In this document: positions 48,811 through 62,926 of the stretch, one piece after another
Layout of the letters: every line of letters starts with the position of its first letter
Position numbering within the stretch: position 1 is the stretch's first letter
Assembly (NCBI GenBank): GCA_040357565.1
Contig: JBDODJ010000017.1
Length of the DNA stretch: 64,000 nucleotides
From: Cercozoa sp. M6MM
Lineage: Eukaryota; Protista; Endomyxa: Ascetosporea
Direction: 5' to 3' (one strand)
Translations under genes and position numbers: made by a program
Notes under the pieces: model-generated
What the model saw: only the letters and a program-made list of their open reading frames with translations
Database searches by the model: none
What the model was told of the DNA's origin: nothing

Positions 48811-51038
48811 TCAGCGGAATGTTGTGCACAGCAGCACGACATAGACGGGTAATGCCACGAACACACCAACACACACGCAGGCCATCGCTGTGCTATAGGG
48901 AAGACCCAGCTGCTCGCGCAGCAGTCCGACAGTGAGAGGAGACGTGGCGTTCCCGATAAAGTTCACGAAGAACCTGAGCAACAATTAGTATCCACTCCGG
49001 CCTTGCTTCCACCCCTAGGCTTCTATCCTTAGGGCAAACTTACGTTAGAATTGCTTGTGCAATCGAACGAAACTCCGGCTCAACTTGATATAGCACTAAC
49101 TTCGTAGCGGTCTACAACATTGAGTGAACAGTAAATTTACAAGACACAGAATCGAATCATTCCAAACCCGTTTCGATGTGTAAAACGCTTTACCGCGAAC
49201 TGCGTCATATTCGCGACAATTCCAACCGTGAACACAGCGTAGAAGGCCCACGAAGATGAGAAAAAGAACGACGCGACAACGACACTCGAAATTGTCCCCA
49301 ACGACAGCAGGTACCGAACTGCAGAACATACAGTGCGTTAGTGTTCAAAGTGAGAGAAAATTACCCATAAACCGTTGCTCAGCCACCGGCATCTTTGACT
49401 GATCAGTCGGTACCGATACATCCGCGGTGTCCTCTTGCTTCACTTGCACGGTTGTGCTGTCGAGATCGTTCTCTTCTACGTGCTCGAGGCGGTACTTCGT
49501 GGCCATTCGGTCTGCCAAGGAGGCCCCTGTCATGCCTATCAGTCCGCCCTTTGGAACACCACCCAGTACCGGTGCCAGGAAAAATAATGTATCCACATGC
49601 TAGGTACCACTACATTGAGCACGCCAAACGCCGCTCCAGCGGTCGCAGGCGACCAGCCAAGTTCCTTTGAGATTTTACATAGCACTCGAATTTGGACAAG
49701 GTTGGCGACACAGTGAAAATTAAACTCTTGAAAGTAGATAAATTTACACACCTTTTGCGAATAGTCTGAACCAAAAGTTCCCACGCCGCAAAAGGTGAAT
49801 GCTTTCAGAGTACTAACTGCCGACAAGGCAAGAAATATCCTCTGACGCAGAACGCACTCCACGGCACCGAGAAGCGACTCGTACTTGCTCGTTTCAGTTT
49901 TCTGAGTCAAGAAAGAGGAGACTGTTTGCAGACATTTGATAGAGGTGAAGTATTCACAATTGCAAAAGTCGCATCTCTGGGTGTCCGAGTCAGTGCGAAA
50001 ACAAAAGCGAGAGGCAGCATAACGACGGCGAAGAGTGTAAGCACGAGTTGCCACCGCACGCCTTGTTCAACTGTCGCCCCAGGTCAACAGTTCGTAGCAA
50101 CTGGCGGTACAATCTTAACTTGAATACCCAAAGCTCCTGCTAGTGACGAACCGATTCCTGCGCCTACATTAAGTGGTTGTTTGTACATTATGGTCTCGAA
50201 ATACACAACAACAAAGGCAATTCCTACCAATAGGAAGTGCAGCAAACAAGAAGGCAAGCCAGAACTGGTGTCTCTGTGGCGGCACTTGTTGCAAAATGAA
50301 CGGCTGCGCGAGTGTCGAAACTGCGGAGGAAGCAACAACATTGCCACTGATACGTTGAGATACGTAAGCAAGCATGCTCGTCAAACCACTCGATTTGCCC
50401 GCGCCGACGAAAGCACGAGCAAGCAGGCACACCCAAAAGTTAACGCTGCGCAACGCGACGTAAGTTTAAAACTGAGCCGAACGAGAAAGGCGAAACTAAC
50501 TGACCTCAGCCAGGCAGTAGCCAAGACCCCTGCCGTCCAGATCAGGCACTAAAGTAAAACAGATACTCTCCAAGAAGGAACGGAAGGGGTGGGGGCAATT
50601 TACAGCAACAGATGAGACACGAAGCTTGCTGGTAGAATCCGAACCTTTCTTGCTTGCCACTGGCAGAATCAATTATACTGTACCGACACTGTGCGAGTGT
50701 GTTGTCAAAGAAAAGATACCGTGGGCAAACAAGGGGGCAGCTATCACGAAGCCGACGAGAAAGCCCGTAAAGAGTGCGCCTTGTTGCAGCGGGTTCAATC
50801 TGCGCACGAACTGAAAGTGCTCAGTTCACTTACGGTACTTGAGCGGAGTTGTATACGCTAGGTCGTGGCTTAGCTGAGGGAGCATCGTCGCGAAAGCCGC
50901 TCTCTGCATGCGGCCGGTGGATAAAAAGAACTGGTACAGCATATCAGTCTCGGAAATAAAGGTGACCTCCGCCCACGAGATAGACCAAAACAGCGCCAGC
51001 AACGGCACTGACACGACATGCGTCACTGACAGATACAT
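48811..51038 (-). CDS. MFS transporter, Spinster-like
   Basis: QQGALFTGFLVGFVIAAPLFA, LLARAFVGAG, WLAFLFAALPIG, GASLADR, EFRSIAQA and FIGNATSPLTVGLL; many TM exons. Confidence 0.75.
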
Positions 51039-51129
51039 AGCGCAGCTCGCTATCGCGCATTGAGTGTGTGGTGGTGTCAGTTTTAATGTTGTAAACTGTT
51101 TTCTCGGCTGTTTTGGGCTCGGACTTAGT

Positions 51130-52735
51130 TCATTTTTTCTTTTTCTTGCGACCCTTTCTCTTGCCTGCGATGCCTTATCTTCAGTTAGAATCCCTAGACA
51201 AGATACTGTACCTTTCTTAGCTTTTTTGGCAGGCTTGTGCGCAGTCAGTTCTGCGCGTATACTGGCTGCGGTTCACATGGTATCACACATCTACTCTCCA
51301 CAAACTGATCTGTTCTTCACAAATTGAATACCCATATACTCAGTGTTTGGAGCGAAAATTGGCGAGAGCGAAAGCTGCGTCAGTCGCGGTGAGCTTTCGA
51401 CTGCCTGAAGTAGCAGTTCGGCATCTCGACTGAAGTCGTTGCCCAGCAGGTTTATGGAAGTCAACTGCGAGGAAGGCAAGAACTGAGCCATTGCATCGTA
51501 GGGAGACTGAAAGTTATCGATCTCATCCGTCGACATGTGGCAGTTCTTGAGGTCCAACTCTTTCAACGAACTCGCATGTGCGACTCCTTGCCACAGCAAA
51601 CAGCCGTCTTCTCCTCCGAGATGACACCCTGAGATGTCCAACTTGCGTAGGTTTGTACAGGTTGCAAGTACACGCTGCACGTGAGGCATGTGCGAGATTG
51701 CATCGCCGCGTGTTATTCCAGCTAACTGCCCACGAAGAGGGTACGAGTACCCATGCCACACACCTCGCAACAAAATCGATAATATACCGAAAGTTCAAGG
51801 AGTTTTTCGCCTGCTATTGAAGTTGTGACAGCAGGGTCGCCTTGTTGAGCTTGCGGTCGACGTAGCTGCAGCTGTGCTGATTCAGCTGGCAAGCAACTTA
51901 CAAACGCGCGGAGAAGTGAGTGACTCAGTTGCCACCATGATAAGTCCAAGAATGCGACTTTTGATGGGAAGGTCAGGAGTAGTTTTCCTAGGTGTGCACT
52001 GATCGCCTCATCAGTGACGCCGATGGAACGGAGCTTAACGCTTGTCAAACCAGTTCTGATCTGACGAAACAGCGCGATGAAGTCGGGAACGTGTTCGTTT
52101 GAGAATCCTTCGTGGCATATAACAAGCGTTTTAGTAAACGTCCATGGCTCAAACTACAACACTGCCATTATCAATACAATTTACAAGATGAGATAATGGG
52201 TTCGTGATATTTACGTAAATCTACCGTGTCTGTACATGCAGCTGGAACTGTCGTGGCATGAGCTATGCACTTTGCCCACGCTCGAAAGAAGTGCGGTGAA
52301 AGCGACGCTGGGGCTTCCACAAAAGGACGCAGCAACGCGTCGTCGACAAGCTCAACAGCTGATTCGTAGGAAGAGGAAGTTGAGACGACAAAACGCTTCA
52401 GTTCGACATCACCCTCTTCGGGGAATAAATGAGCTGCAATCAGGTCTCTTTCTTCTGCACAATTGAAACGAGCTGTATGAAGCGACTTGATGTTGATTCT
52501 TCCATGCTTTACCTGATGTTATTTCTCCCGCTTTCACGCTTTTGTTCAACTGGAGCAAGAAATCACTGTAAGTGCTCGGGTGGTATTGGTGTGTGTGTGT
52601 ACAAGACTCTACAGTAACAATCACTATATCATACCGTACCACTTCGCTACACTCTGGAAGCCGAGATAATATTCGTTCCGAATAGTTCGATTTTTTCTTC
52701 CCTTTTTGCTTTTTGCTCTTTTTGGCCACTGGCAT
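51130..52735 (-). CDS. RNI-like leucine-rich repeat protein with Lys-rich termini
   Basis: LRKLDISGCHL, LKELDLKNCHM, LTSINLLGNDF, LTQLSLS and VAFLDLS; starts MPVAKKSKKQKGKKK, ends KRKGRKKKKK*. Confidence 0.7.
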
Positions 52736-53203
52736 GGCCAGATAAATTTACGCAACGCCTCGACCTCGCAACTGTGGAGCTTTCTTTTCGACAAATAGCT
52801 CGCGTCTCTGGCCCGTGTAACTCGATTAAAGTCTCCTGTGATACCAATACGCAAAGTTGAGCCTCTGTTTTTGGCACTTGGTTGCATCCTCGCGGAGGTT
52901 GTGACCAAGCTCGAAAAGGCCAGGATTAGGTTGGATGCTAATGGGTTTTTTGACTATCTATAATGCCGGTGACGAACCTGGATTGACACGGGAAGCACAT
53001 CGTACAGACGGTGAGTCTCAGGAAACAAAAGAACTGTTGCTGGCAGCGTTCTTTTTAAAGGGAAAAGGTATCGGTACCCTACTCTCTATTACGTTAGTTG
53101 ACGGAGTACGCTAACGGAACTTAACTCGTACTACTGGACAGACATGTACACGGACCAAGCGGGTGGACTTGCGCTTGTGACCCACCCCAGGGCTGGTACA
53201 GTA

Positions 53204-53297
53204 CAGGGAAACTCGACTACACAGGTAGTTTCTTAGTAAACTGAACTAGCCAGGGAAACTCGACTACACAGGTGGTTTCTTAGTAAACTGAACTAGC
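53204..53297. repeat. 47-bp tandem direct repeat (2 copies, 1 mismatch)
   Basis: cagggaaactcgactacacaggt(a/g)gtttcttagtaaactgaactagc at 53204-53250 and 53251-53297. Confidence 0.95.
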
Positions 53298-53379
53298 TAA
53301 CACGACACGGACCGATGGAGCGGAGAGTCGAGTACACTTAAAAATCCAAGTTCGAATTCGTCCCTCGCCCGCCTCATGA

Positions 53380-54706
53380 TCAGAAGAAGCAAACGCGGAG
53401 TGTGTCTCGCTCGTACTGTGGCTGCACGTGCCGCTCGAACAGTGCGAGCACGTCCTTGCGTAGAAGTGCGTGGTCAAGCATATTCATCTTTTTGGCATCG
53501 CGTTCTGCTCACAAAACGTTCAGTGTGACACATCATGTCGCAAACAAGACAAAGTACGCAGATCAACAACGACGAGAGTTGCGTTGCCGAACTTGAGTGC
53601 ACCAGCGTCGGCAAGTTGCAGTAATCGAGCCTGGGAATTCCCAGTCATTCGTCGACAGATACAGCAACAAAGCAGCATATCGATAAATTTACAGGAGTGC
53701 CCACTGCCGCAGGCGTGACGCGAGTTTCCAGGTGCTGCTGTTGCTGCGCGACCTTCATGTGCTTTGCAAAGAGCTTCACAACGTGCATGTGCGACTCAAT
53801 CTTTTTCAACTCGCGAATCAAATCGGTGCAGCGACGCGCATTGCCGCTGATGATGATCAAGCTGGGGCTGCCCTTGCTTCCCTGTGCCTTCTTCAACTTG
53901 CGGCCCTTGCCGACGCCCAGCTGCTCTTTCAGCGAGTCACCGAACGCTTTCTGCACCACCTGTTTCAGGGCAGAGTTCTGTCGCACACCTTTCTCGCCTG
54001 TTTTGGGTCCAATCACTGCGACACAGAACGAAAATAGTCTCTCACGGCTGCAGTAAAAATGAAACCCCGCAAATAAAACTTAAACGTACAGAATTGTTGC
54101 ACGGGCAGCATTGCAGCCTCGTCCCACTCGCCCAGCTGCGAGAAGTGGTAGCGAACTTTCGCTCTGTCAGTCAGCGTATGCAGGCTGCCCAAAGGCACAC
54201 AAAACACCGATTGATCGTTTGATTACTGTGCAAGGTTATATATCCAACGCGTACTTGTGTTCAGGACTTTCGCGCGTGCCCTTCAAACGACGCTTTGAAC
54301 GCTTCTTTTCGGAAAGCACCTTGGCAGGTTTCTCTTCGGGTGTCTCTTCCGCTTGCTCTCCTTCAGAGTTCCCAGCTTTCTTGCTCTCATTGTCGTCTTT
54401 GCTGTCGCTCGCGCTCAGTTCTTCTTGCGGCACATTCTCATCGTGAACAACGTTCTCAAAGCTGGATACACACGTGCATCAGTGTTAGCAAAGTAGAAAT
54501 GTCTTTTATGATTACTCCAAGTCAGCCTCAAGCTGCTCGACACGATGCTGCGTTGCAGAGTTCCTGTACACAGTCACTGAGAGTGCAGAAATCAAGCGCG
54601 ATGTTTCGCGAACCTACTGCTTTTGCGTGCGACGCGACTTGGCCGAAGGTTCGCTCAGGGCCTTTTTTCCGCGCGAGCGTTTCTTGCTTGACTTGTTCTT
54701 GGCCAT
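53380..54706 (-). CDS. CMS1: CMS1/CMSS1, 90S pre-ribosome-associated protein
   Basis: GSPSLIIISGNARRCTDLIREL, VKLFAKHMKV, VGTP|ARLLQL, VVVD..RDAKKMNMLD. Confidence 0.85.
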
Positions 54707-54914
54707 GTGAGCGGTGCGTATCAGTATTATACGCTATGGACAACGATAAAAACCTCTAGAACAACACTCGGCGCCTCAAGTCGTTCTTGATTTGGCGATA
54801 TTGTAGCCAAGTTTGCTTTTTCTTGAAGTAGAGGTGTACTGTCGAGCGCTGGCATATGCGTGTAACTGTGCTGAGTTATCATAGAGCACGTTGGTTGAAC
54901 ATAATTACACAGCA

Positions 54915-56722
54915 ATGCAAGCAATAGATCACAGTGAGGTAGTCAATGTGACAAGAGAGCAAAAAGCTCGTGGAATCAGGTTGCGCGATAGTGTCCTCTC
55001 GATACCGGACGACATCGACATGAGAGACCCTGTGTCTTGCTTTTGCGATCCAAGTGGTATCTTCACAGTTGCAAACACTGATTAACTCTGACCAACACAG
55101 TCGGCGTGTTAATCAAAAACAGGTAGTAGCAACGACAACGTGTTTCACACGCAAGTCAGGCGTGTCCTGGGACTCGTGAATCCAAAAAGCGGTGGCGGCA
55201 AAGCTCTCAGGTAGCTGACGCGGTTTGCTTTTTCTCAGACTTGGAAACGTGGTGTTGCAGGCGGTGGCGAAAACTGGCGGCGAAACTCGAGGCGAATGAC
55301 ATTGAGACCGAAGTTCATGAAACGTACTCCGTTTGTTTCTTCTTGTTGTATGCTCGGAGAGATTTGTCTTTATACTGCAGTCAATCAGCGGCGGATTTTA
55401 CACTGATTGCGGCGTGCTGCGACCTGCGAAACTTGTGTGACGTGCTTGTGGTTTGCCTGTTTCGCTGTGCTTTGCTCCTCGTCACTTTGGCCTTACCCTT
55501 TGCCTCTGCCGCTTTCCTTCACCTTCTCTTCATCTTTCTTTACATTTCTTTAACTTTTTAACCTTCTTTTACCTTCCTTCACATTTTTAAACCTTCCTTC
55601 ACATTTTTAAACCACTCCCAATGGTTTGCTCAGGTGGTCGGAGGCGACGGGACTTTGCACGAACTGACGCAAGGTTTCGCGTTGCGCGCAGTTTTGGAGA
55701 ACTCCAATCGCGTCATCGAGTGTCCTGTGCCGGTGTGTATTCTGGCAGCAGGTACCTCTGTTGCTCCCTCCGATCTATGCCTGTAGTACTCCTTCTTGGA
55801 GACTTGATCTCCCGTGGTTGGTGGCGCAGGCACGGGCAATAATGTGTTGCGCACGATGGGTGCGCTGGACACTGAGACAGTGGCACAGGCATTGATACGA
55901 GGCAGTTACAGGTACATTGATGTGTTCAGGTGTCACCTGTGCGAGCGTGACACTGTCGACGACGCCGTCGCCGTCGAGTGTCCCGACTTTCTGTCTGGCC
56001 CTCTGGGTCCCAGGGAGTTTCCCTCGCAGCAGCAGTGTCAGCAGTACCTGCAGCTGCCACTTGACTCAGTACGGGTCAAGTTCGCCATCAATAACCTCGC
56101 GTGGGCACTCGGGGTAGACACCACGCGCAGTGCCGAGCATCACCGATGGGCACGCCTAATGCGATACGACATTGGCGCCGTCTCCAGTCTCCTGAGGTAT
56201 CCCACTTAAGGTTTGACCCTCCCCGTCTATCTCTCTATACCTAGTCTGTCTTCCCCTACCTCCCCTCAGGTACAGACACCACCGTGCCACACTCATCGTC
56301 GATGGACGAGAAATCGCCTCGCAAGACTGGGACTACATTGGCGCACAGAACAACCAGCACGGTCGTTTTGTCCCACGCATGTTGCTCTATTTCACTACTG
56401 CCTTATTCCCTCCCCCTACACAGGTGGCGCCGCGTCGAACCTGGCGCCCTTTGCCGTGCTGGACGACGGCATGGCCGACCTGGTTACCTTCGGCAAGCAC
56501 GGACGCTTCTCGGCCGTCGGCAAGTTCCTCAAACTCGGCAGCGGTCGGCACGTGCTGTGCGACGGCCTTGACTACCTGCGCGCGCGCAGCTTTTGCATCG
56601 TGCCGGAGGAGCCCTCCTTCATCTGCATCGACGGCGAGAACTTCCCGATGAACGCTCTGCGCGTCGATGTGCTCCGACGGGTGTTGCCGCTGGTGGTGCC
56701 CATAGCCAGCGGCAACAACTAG
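54915..56722 (+). CDS. Sphingosine/ceramide kinase-like lipid kinase (DAGK catalytic domain)
   Basis: LVNPKSGGGKA, VVGGDGTLHE, LAAG|TGNN, LAPFAVLDDGMADL and CIDGE. Confidence 0.88.
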
Positions 56723-57310
56723 CGCAGCCTTACTAAAACTACTGTACTACACCGAACGGAGGCAAAATGTAGGATGGCTTCGACCAACCGAGCGCATCTA
56801 CTCATAACGAGGCGGGCGGAAGTTTAATTATAGCCATCCAAGTGATATCCTGTCTGCAGCCTGCTGCCTCATCACCACCTGAGAGAGATGAAGCGAGATG
56901 CTCAGTGCACGAGGCTCTGCGCTACTGCAGCAGTTCGGCGAGCAGGTAGAGTGGCACAGGTTACGAAAAAGTTAAACGTAAAAAAACTGTGGAGTCCAGA
57001 GCATGGGTTAACAACACAGAGAAACTGACAGAATTTATCGGACTTCTTCGAAATAGCTGAAACAAACGCACTAAGCCTCCGATTCGAGCTTCCTTATAGT
57101 GGCAAAATACCGTTATAACAACAGGGCATACTACGGTACATCTAAGAAAAGCAATTTGAGTGCGGTTTGGGGGGGGGGGGGTTCGGTTTTGCCTCGAAAA
57201 ACTTCGCCGTACCCAGATAATAAAATAATGCCTGGGGCGGAGAGCTACTTGGATATGTTTGTCCTATCAAAACGAATATTAAGCGGAATGCATCCCAGTA
57301 TCGTTCTCGG

Positions 57311-59780
57311 CTAGGACGTGCGCGGCGCGCCAGCGTTCTGAATCGCGGACACGACACACTGCAGCGTGCCTTGCAGCGCCTCAGCCTGCCGTTGCACGCG
57401 ACTCTCGTCTCTGCAGACAGAAAGCAATCTCAACACCCATACACTCAGCAGACCAAACGTATCAATACCGCAAGCGCAGCTGAAGTTCTTCAACGGCATT
57501 CAAGACACGCGGCATCGACGCCAGTGTGTCAGCCTCACCGTAGATATCTGCAATAAGGAGTTAAGAAGTCTACTGCACCCAAACCAGTCAAAAAACCAAA
57601 AGGAAAAAACGCACCAAAGAAAACGTCGAGCACGTCCATGACAACGTCCGAGCTGCGTTCGTTGGCCACATTTCTGATACACCAGCGCAGCACAAACAAC
57701 AGCTGCTCCGACGACCTGAAATTGGAAAACACAACAAGTCAAACAAATACCAAAAATAATTTCAAAAAAAAACATGCCTGTGTGAAAGCGCATATTTGAG
57801 TGCGTTGCGTGCCCGGATTTCCTCAAGCACGGCCATAATGACCGTCTGTGGTCACTCAAATCGATCAGTAAATTAAGTTAAGGGAGAAGTGTATACCAAA
57901 TGCTCAGTGGCGAGGGCCTTGTCCAAAGCGGCGCCGTACTGGAAGCGTCGCAGGTCGTTCTCGTAGGGCGCGAGTTTCTGCTTGCGCACGCGCTCGACGT
58001 GAATGTCGGCCTGCACACAGAGTTCCACGAGGTGGCCAAGGGGTGAGGTGGTTAAGGGTGATGTGGTTAAGGGTGATGTGGTTAAGGTGAGGGGTGACAA
58101 AGGGGATGAATGTGGTTAAGGGAGCGACATGGGGGACAGACAGACCTCGTGCTGCGCCTTGCGGCCGCGCTTGAAGAAGGAGCGCGTGCCGGGCCGGACG
58201 CCCTGGACCGAGTGAGCCGGCGCCGGCTGCCACGTGGCCGTGACGTCGTCGGCGAGACCGAGTTCTTTGAGACCGTCCCACGTCAGTCGCTGCGACGGTT
58301 CGGCTGCGCCGCTCGCCACCGTCTTGACCGCGCGTTTCCTCAGCTGCACCGTGCCGTCAGCGCATCCGACGGCGAAACTCCGGTTGTCGGTACTCACGTC
58401 CAGCGACAGCAGCGGCTGGTCGAAGCGTTTCTGCGAGCGGGGGGGGGGCGAGCAACCCGGGTACGCGGGGGGGGGGGGAGGAGGTAAAGGCTACCTGGTG
58501 CACGAGTCGCATCTGCTCGAGGTCAAACACGCGCACATGCTGATCCAGCGAGGCCGAGAGTAGCCGCGCGTTCGACGTCGTCGCCAGCGCTGTCACCGTG
58601 TTGCCGTGACACTCAAACTCGTGCAGTACCTCGCCTGTACATGTGTCCATATGAACCGTATTGTAGCAACATTGTGGCCACATTGTAGCAACATTGTAGC
58701 CACATTGTAGCAACATTAGGACCATTGTAGCCACAGCTCTAGTTGTACCTCTCCGGACGTCCCACAGCTTGACGGAGCGACCGCCGGCGGTGGCGATCAT
58801 GGCACCGCCGCGCAGGAAGCGCACGCTCTCGACGGGCGCTCCGTGCGACACTGCGCCCGACTGCGACTGCGCTCGCGTGTCCCATAGACACACCTGGTGA
58901 TCGTAGCCACCTGTACAACATCGCATCCTTGATTAAAGCACACAAGGCACCCTAAATACTCTTGGGAGTACCCGTGCAGACCAGGTCGTCGTGCCACTCG
59001 GACACGTCGCAAGCGCGCACACTGTCGCTGTGTCCCGACAGTGTCGTTAAGGGAGCGCCCTGAGCCAGGTCCCACAGGCGTACTGTCGAATCATCCGAGC
59101 CGGACACTGGACGGACACTGGTCAGTGCGACATTCAGAGACAGTAGCGTGACATGTACCCACTCGGAAACCGTCGCGTGACCAGCGCACGACCTGACACG
59201 GCTTGCGGTGTCCCACGAACTTGCGCAACTGCGCCTTGGTCTGCGTGTTTAGAATGTACACGTGGCACAGCTGCGAGCCAGCCTACGCACACAAAGACAA
59301 AAGGTGTAACACAGGAGTGGGGGGGGGGGGTAACACAGGAGTGTGGGGGGGGGGGGTATGCTACCGCCAGCAGTTTGCCATCACGTCGCACACGACCACT
59401 GTAGGCAACGTCCTTGAACCGCGAGTACTACACAACAACATTTAATCAAACACATCCCAAACAACCAAAGGAACAAAAAAAAAACGGCAATTTTACCGTC
59501 TTGTCGCCGCGACTGTCCAGTGCGTCCAGTAGCTTCACCTGCGTCGACGCCGTCACCACGCACGAGTACGGCTCCAGCGCGCAAAAACTCACGTCCGTCA
59601 CTGGACCGTACAGTTTCTCTTCATGCACGACCTGTAACAGCAGTATATACCGTTAAACTCTTTCCAAAGAGAAAGAACCGCCCGCACCTTAAAATTTTGC
59701 CAATATCGATCCTCGGCAGTGAATCGCGCGCGAGACGCCGCCTGCTGGCGGAACTGAAGTTTACTGTACGGCTGCGCCAT
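57311..59780 (-). CDS. UTP15: U3 snoRNA-associated protein 15 (WD40 repeats plus UTP15 C-terminal domain)
   Basis: AEDRYWQNFK, GGYDHQVCLWDTR, SHGAPVESV, SASLDQHVRVFD, KQKLAPYENDLRRFQYGAALD and C-terminal ALQGTLQ. Confidence 0.9.
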
Positions 59781-59997
59781 GCCGCGGTGTCCCTACGGCG
59801 GTCTAGATCGCCCGTTGTCGCCCACAGCTCCTGGTGCCACCAACAAACAAAAATAAAATCACTCTGTATCGGCGCTCCGTACTGGTCCAAATGTGCTCGA
59901 TTGGACAAAATAATATGGCAAAAAATCGGCCGTGCTGCCTCGCACCTCTGCTTAAACTGGCAGGCACGGACGTGTGATCATAGTTGCCAACCTTACT

Positions 59998-62715
59998 ATG
60001 GTGCTGTCGTTGCATGCGCGCGCGCAAGTTCGACTTGCGTGGCGACGCCTGCTGGCCACTGTGGCGGCCGAGTCCTCCACGCAGCCGGCGCTCTTCCCGA
60101 TGCTGCCGTCGGCGACGCGTGAGAACAAGCTCAATGAGCTGTCCACGCTGGCTGTGCTGCAGAAGTGGGTATGTACAGCCTTAGCTTCTGTGCATCTGTG
60201 TTTATCTTGCGCCTGTAGGCTCGCAAACCACCCAAGGACGCGACAGCGCTCCGCTTGCAGCTGTTTGAGGGTGAGTCGATTCCGTCGTTTAAGGAGCACA
60301 GGACATATTTTGCCTTGCACAGATGAAGTGCTGCCGAACGAACCGGTGTTGTGCGCCTTGGAGGCTTCGCGATCGACTGAAGTACCTTTTCACTATTTTT
60401 GAATCAACTGGACTGGCTTTTGAGGCGCTTTGATTTAGCTGCTGGCCGACTACGAACTCGACGAAAGCAAAAACGGCCTGTTGATGCAGTTTGAGAAGCT
60501 GTCGACCGACCTGCTTGTGAGTTATTCCCCTGAAACTACCTGCAACCAACTGACTGACTGACTGAGACATTCTGGACAGTTGCTGCTCGAGAGCGGCTGC
60601 AGGGACATTGACGAGGAGGCGCTTAACAAGCGCATGCGCGACCTGGGTCTCAATTTCGACGACGATGTGGCCAAAAAGGCCAACGAAATCGCCGTCGACG
60701 AGCTGCGCGCTCGCTCTGCGGTACTGATCATTGCTTTTCGGGGGGCTGTCTCGGCAGTCATTTTTTAATCGCTTTTGTTTGGTATGACAGTTGATCGCCG
60801 ATCGCCAGGATTTTAGTGACAAGCATATCAAGCAAGCACTCCAGCAGCTCGAATGTGACAGTTCCGAGCACTTGCAGCTGCGGCACGTACCTTTGCTCTT
60901 TATCTTTGTATTTTCTGGCCGGCGTGTGGCGTGGGTCGGACTTGTGGCATGCCTGTGACGCGCAGAGAATAAGAGCGCGCCTGAGTCGCGTGCGCGGCGC
61001 CGTGGAGATGGTGCGTCTCACGATCAAGTTCCGCGAGTACCAGGAGGCGCAAAAGAACGGCGTCGAGGCATTGCCTCTCTATGGGTGAGTCAGTTTCTGA
61101 GATCAGAATGTGTGATCAGTTTCTGTGTGATCCGTTTTGTTGGGGGTTGAATTAAGAGTGTGCACTTAGTTCGGACCTCCAGACGAGGCGAAAGACGCAC
61201 TCGGTGCCACTGGAACTGGTGGAGAACAAGCTGTTTGGCGCGCCGCTGCTGAAGCGACTAGGGCTCAAGGAGTCGCTGCGCAAGCTGCTGGGCCTGCCCG
61301 AGTCGAGTCGTGGCCAGTCCAACGTGAAGGACTTCTCGCTGGAGCCAGTGACGCCGAAGCGACTCAATGGCGCCTTCCGATATGACCCGACGGTGAACTC
61401 GCGTCGTACGCCAATGTACGCCGCCATGGGCGCGCTCGGTGTACTTCTGGTGGGCTCCATCGGGTTCAACATCGACCCGATGTACCTGGTGCCAATGTAC
61501 CTGCCGATCGCGGCCTACCCGAGTGTCGTGCGGCCCTTCATCAACGCCTCTGGCGTACCTCTGCTTTTAACATCTATATATATATATGTATGTATATATA
61601 TATAAATATATATATATCCAATATATTTTACCATATACAACGTATAGATACATGGTATGTATACGTGTATGTAGAGATGGACAGATAGATTTATGCACCC
61701 CTGCACAGGCAGCCAAGAAGTCGCTGGAGCGACTGCAGCAGGAGCTGCACTTTGCACTGGACACTCGCACACTGGTGGCCAGCGGCGTGGCGGCCAAGGA
61801 GGACGAGATGCTCGTGCCCGTGCTGGTGGACGCGGCCTTCACGCGCGGCGACGACCGGCTGCGACAGGACTTTGCGGTCACATGCGCCGTGCTGTCGTGT
61901 CCGGTCGAGCTGCGGCCGCTCTTCCTCAAGCAGTCGCAGATCGGCGAGGGTTTGGACGACCTCAGTATGCTGGCCAGTCTCGGCGCTCCCGAGGACATTG
62001 CTGACCGTGCACTCGACATGGAGCGTCTGCTCGATGTCTATGCTGAGCAGTCGCACCTCTTCCAGCACCGTGCCGCCATTCGGTATCTGCCCTTACCTCT
62101 TACCCCCTCTCCTTGTACCCTATCTAGCTTACGTCTATCTTACCCCCCCCCCAGACTGCAAGGCACGGTGAGGACGCCAGTGGCCACCGAGATCAAGGAG
62201 GCTTGGCTCATCAGCAAGAGCGACAGTGCGTCGGACGATGATGAGGAGGAACACGTGGCCGTGTCTGACTTGACACACCTGCTGCCACAGGCTGGTGTGC
62301 TGTCCGACTTGTTCTCCATCGCGACGCACTGGAAGGACTGGAAGGGCAAGGACGGTCTGCTGGCCGCCTTGCATCACGTAGCGTGGCACTTATGCCCCCC
62401 CATTACCCTGCCCTTACTCTCCCCTTTACCCCCCCCCCGCAGGATCTGCACTCGCGTGCCGTGGGCGCGCATATGCGCTTCGGCGGCAACGAGGGCGTCT
62501 ACTTGTCGCGCAAGGAGAGGCAGCTCGCCAAGCGGCACGGCGTCGACGAGAGCGAAGTGCAGCGCATCAAGGAGCGCCGTACGCGCGCCATGCAGGCTGT
62601 CGGCGACCGCGCCTACGAGTTCGACTTGGCCAAGTTCGTCGACGGCAAGCCCGAAGACGACGACGATGACTCGGACGACAAGTCCGACGACGATTCCGAC
62701 AAGAAGCCGCAGTAA
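59998..62715 (+). CDS. Large hypothetical protein with possible organellar presequence and hydrophobic segment
   Basis: MVLSLHARAQVRLAWRRLLAT...; GC3-rich exons linked by GT-AG introns; hydrophobic AAMGALGVLLVGSIGF; acidic C-terminus. Confidence 0.6.
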
Positions 62716-62926
62716 GTCGAGTCACCGTGGCGGCACATTAGCTATAGGGCAGCACTTTGCCGTATTAGCGGCTTGGGTTGGCTGATTTATCGTTTGTTTT
62801 ATATAAATTATCTCTGTTTCAATTCATTGCAACCAAGTACCCCATCGTGCGGTGTCAGTTCGTCCAAAACTTGCGTTGAAAACGAAAATTAAATTAATCA
62901 TGACCCTCGCTGAGTTCTAATCCTAG

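Noticed and set aside
53204-53297. Direct repeats as a CRISPR array
   Set aside because: Two abutting copies with no spacer, no cas genes, and a eukaryotic context.
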